Shown in pieces: positions 63,797 to 64,000 of a DNA stretch of 64,000 bases. The notes under the pieces were generated by a model. The model was not told the origin of the DNA. It ran no database searches and was given only the letters and a program-made list of their open reading frames with translations. The number at the start of each line of letters is the position of its first letter. Position 1 is the stretch's first letter. The translations under genes were made by a program, and so were the position numbers. The DNA comes from Squalus acanthias (lineage: Eukaryota), in assembly GCA_030390025.1 (NCBI GenBank), contig JASTWF010000036.1:3040001-3104000 (forward strand). Reading direction: 5' to 3'.

Positions 63797-64000
63797 CTGG
63801 GTTTGGCAAGAAAAGAACAAGAGGAGATTCAGGCTAGATTCACCAGTAGCACGAACAAAAAGTACCGATTTGGAGGCAACTAATTGCAGCGGTATCGCGC
63901 TCAATAAACCCAGAGAGCGGATCCGGTGAAAGGACACCATGGTGATAGCCGACCCCTCATCAATTGGCCAATTATTTTGATATTACCTATTGCGAACACG

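Overview
Vertebrate, TE-rich genomic DNA, most likely from a shark or other cartilaginous fish (inferred from SacSINE1/DeuSINE-like SINEs, CR1/L2-type LINEs and Penelope-type ends). One multi-exon gene on the minus strand spans nearly the whole window: an aryl hydrocarbon receptor (AHR) family bHLH-PAS gene. I traced coding exons 2-10 base by base. All have GT-AG borders and splice into one open frame. Exons 2 and 4-9 have the lengths of the human AHR exons (188, 90, 124, 131, 203, 110, 142 bp); exon 3 (119 bp) and exon 10 (1510 bp) are longer. Exon 1 lies beyond base 64000, and the last exon (9808-9891) is only a candidate. The protein diverges at normally conserved bHLH/PAS-A positions and may be a cartilaginous-fish paralog such as AHR3 (inference). 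The introns, especially the 31-kb intron 2, hold LINEs, SINEs, Harbinger/hAT-like MITEs, three minisatellites and hammerhead-ribozyme-bearing Penelope ends. The most notable non-coding signals are: a compact XRE/ETS/AP-1 cluster and an array rich in XRE cores inside AHR itself; a TSD-flanked palindrome carrying a hammerhead motif on each strand; and a LINE with a double 3' tail nested in a MITE, giving an open 514-aa RT frame. Repeat boundaries are approximate and family names come from motif recognition, not database searches.
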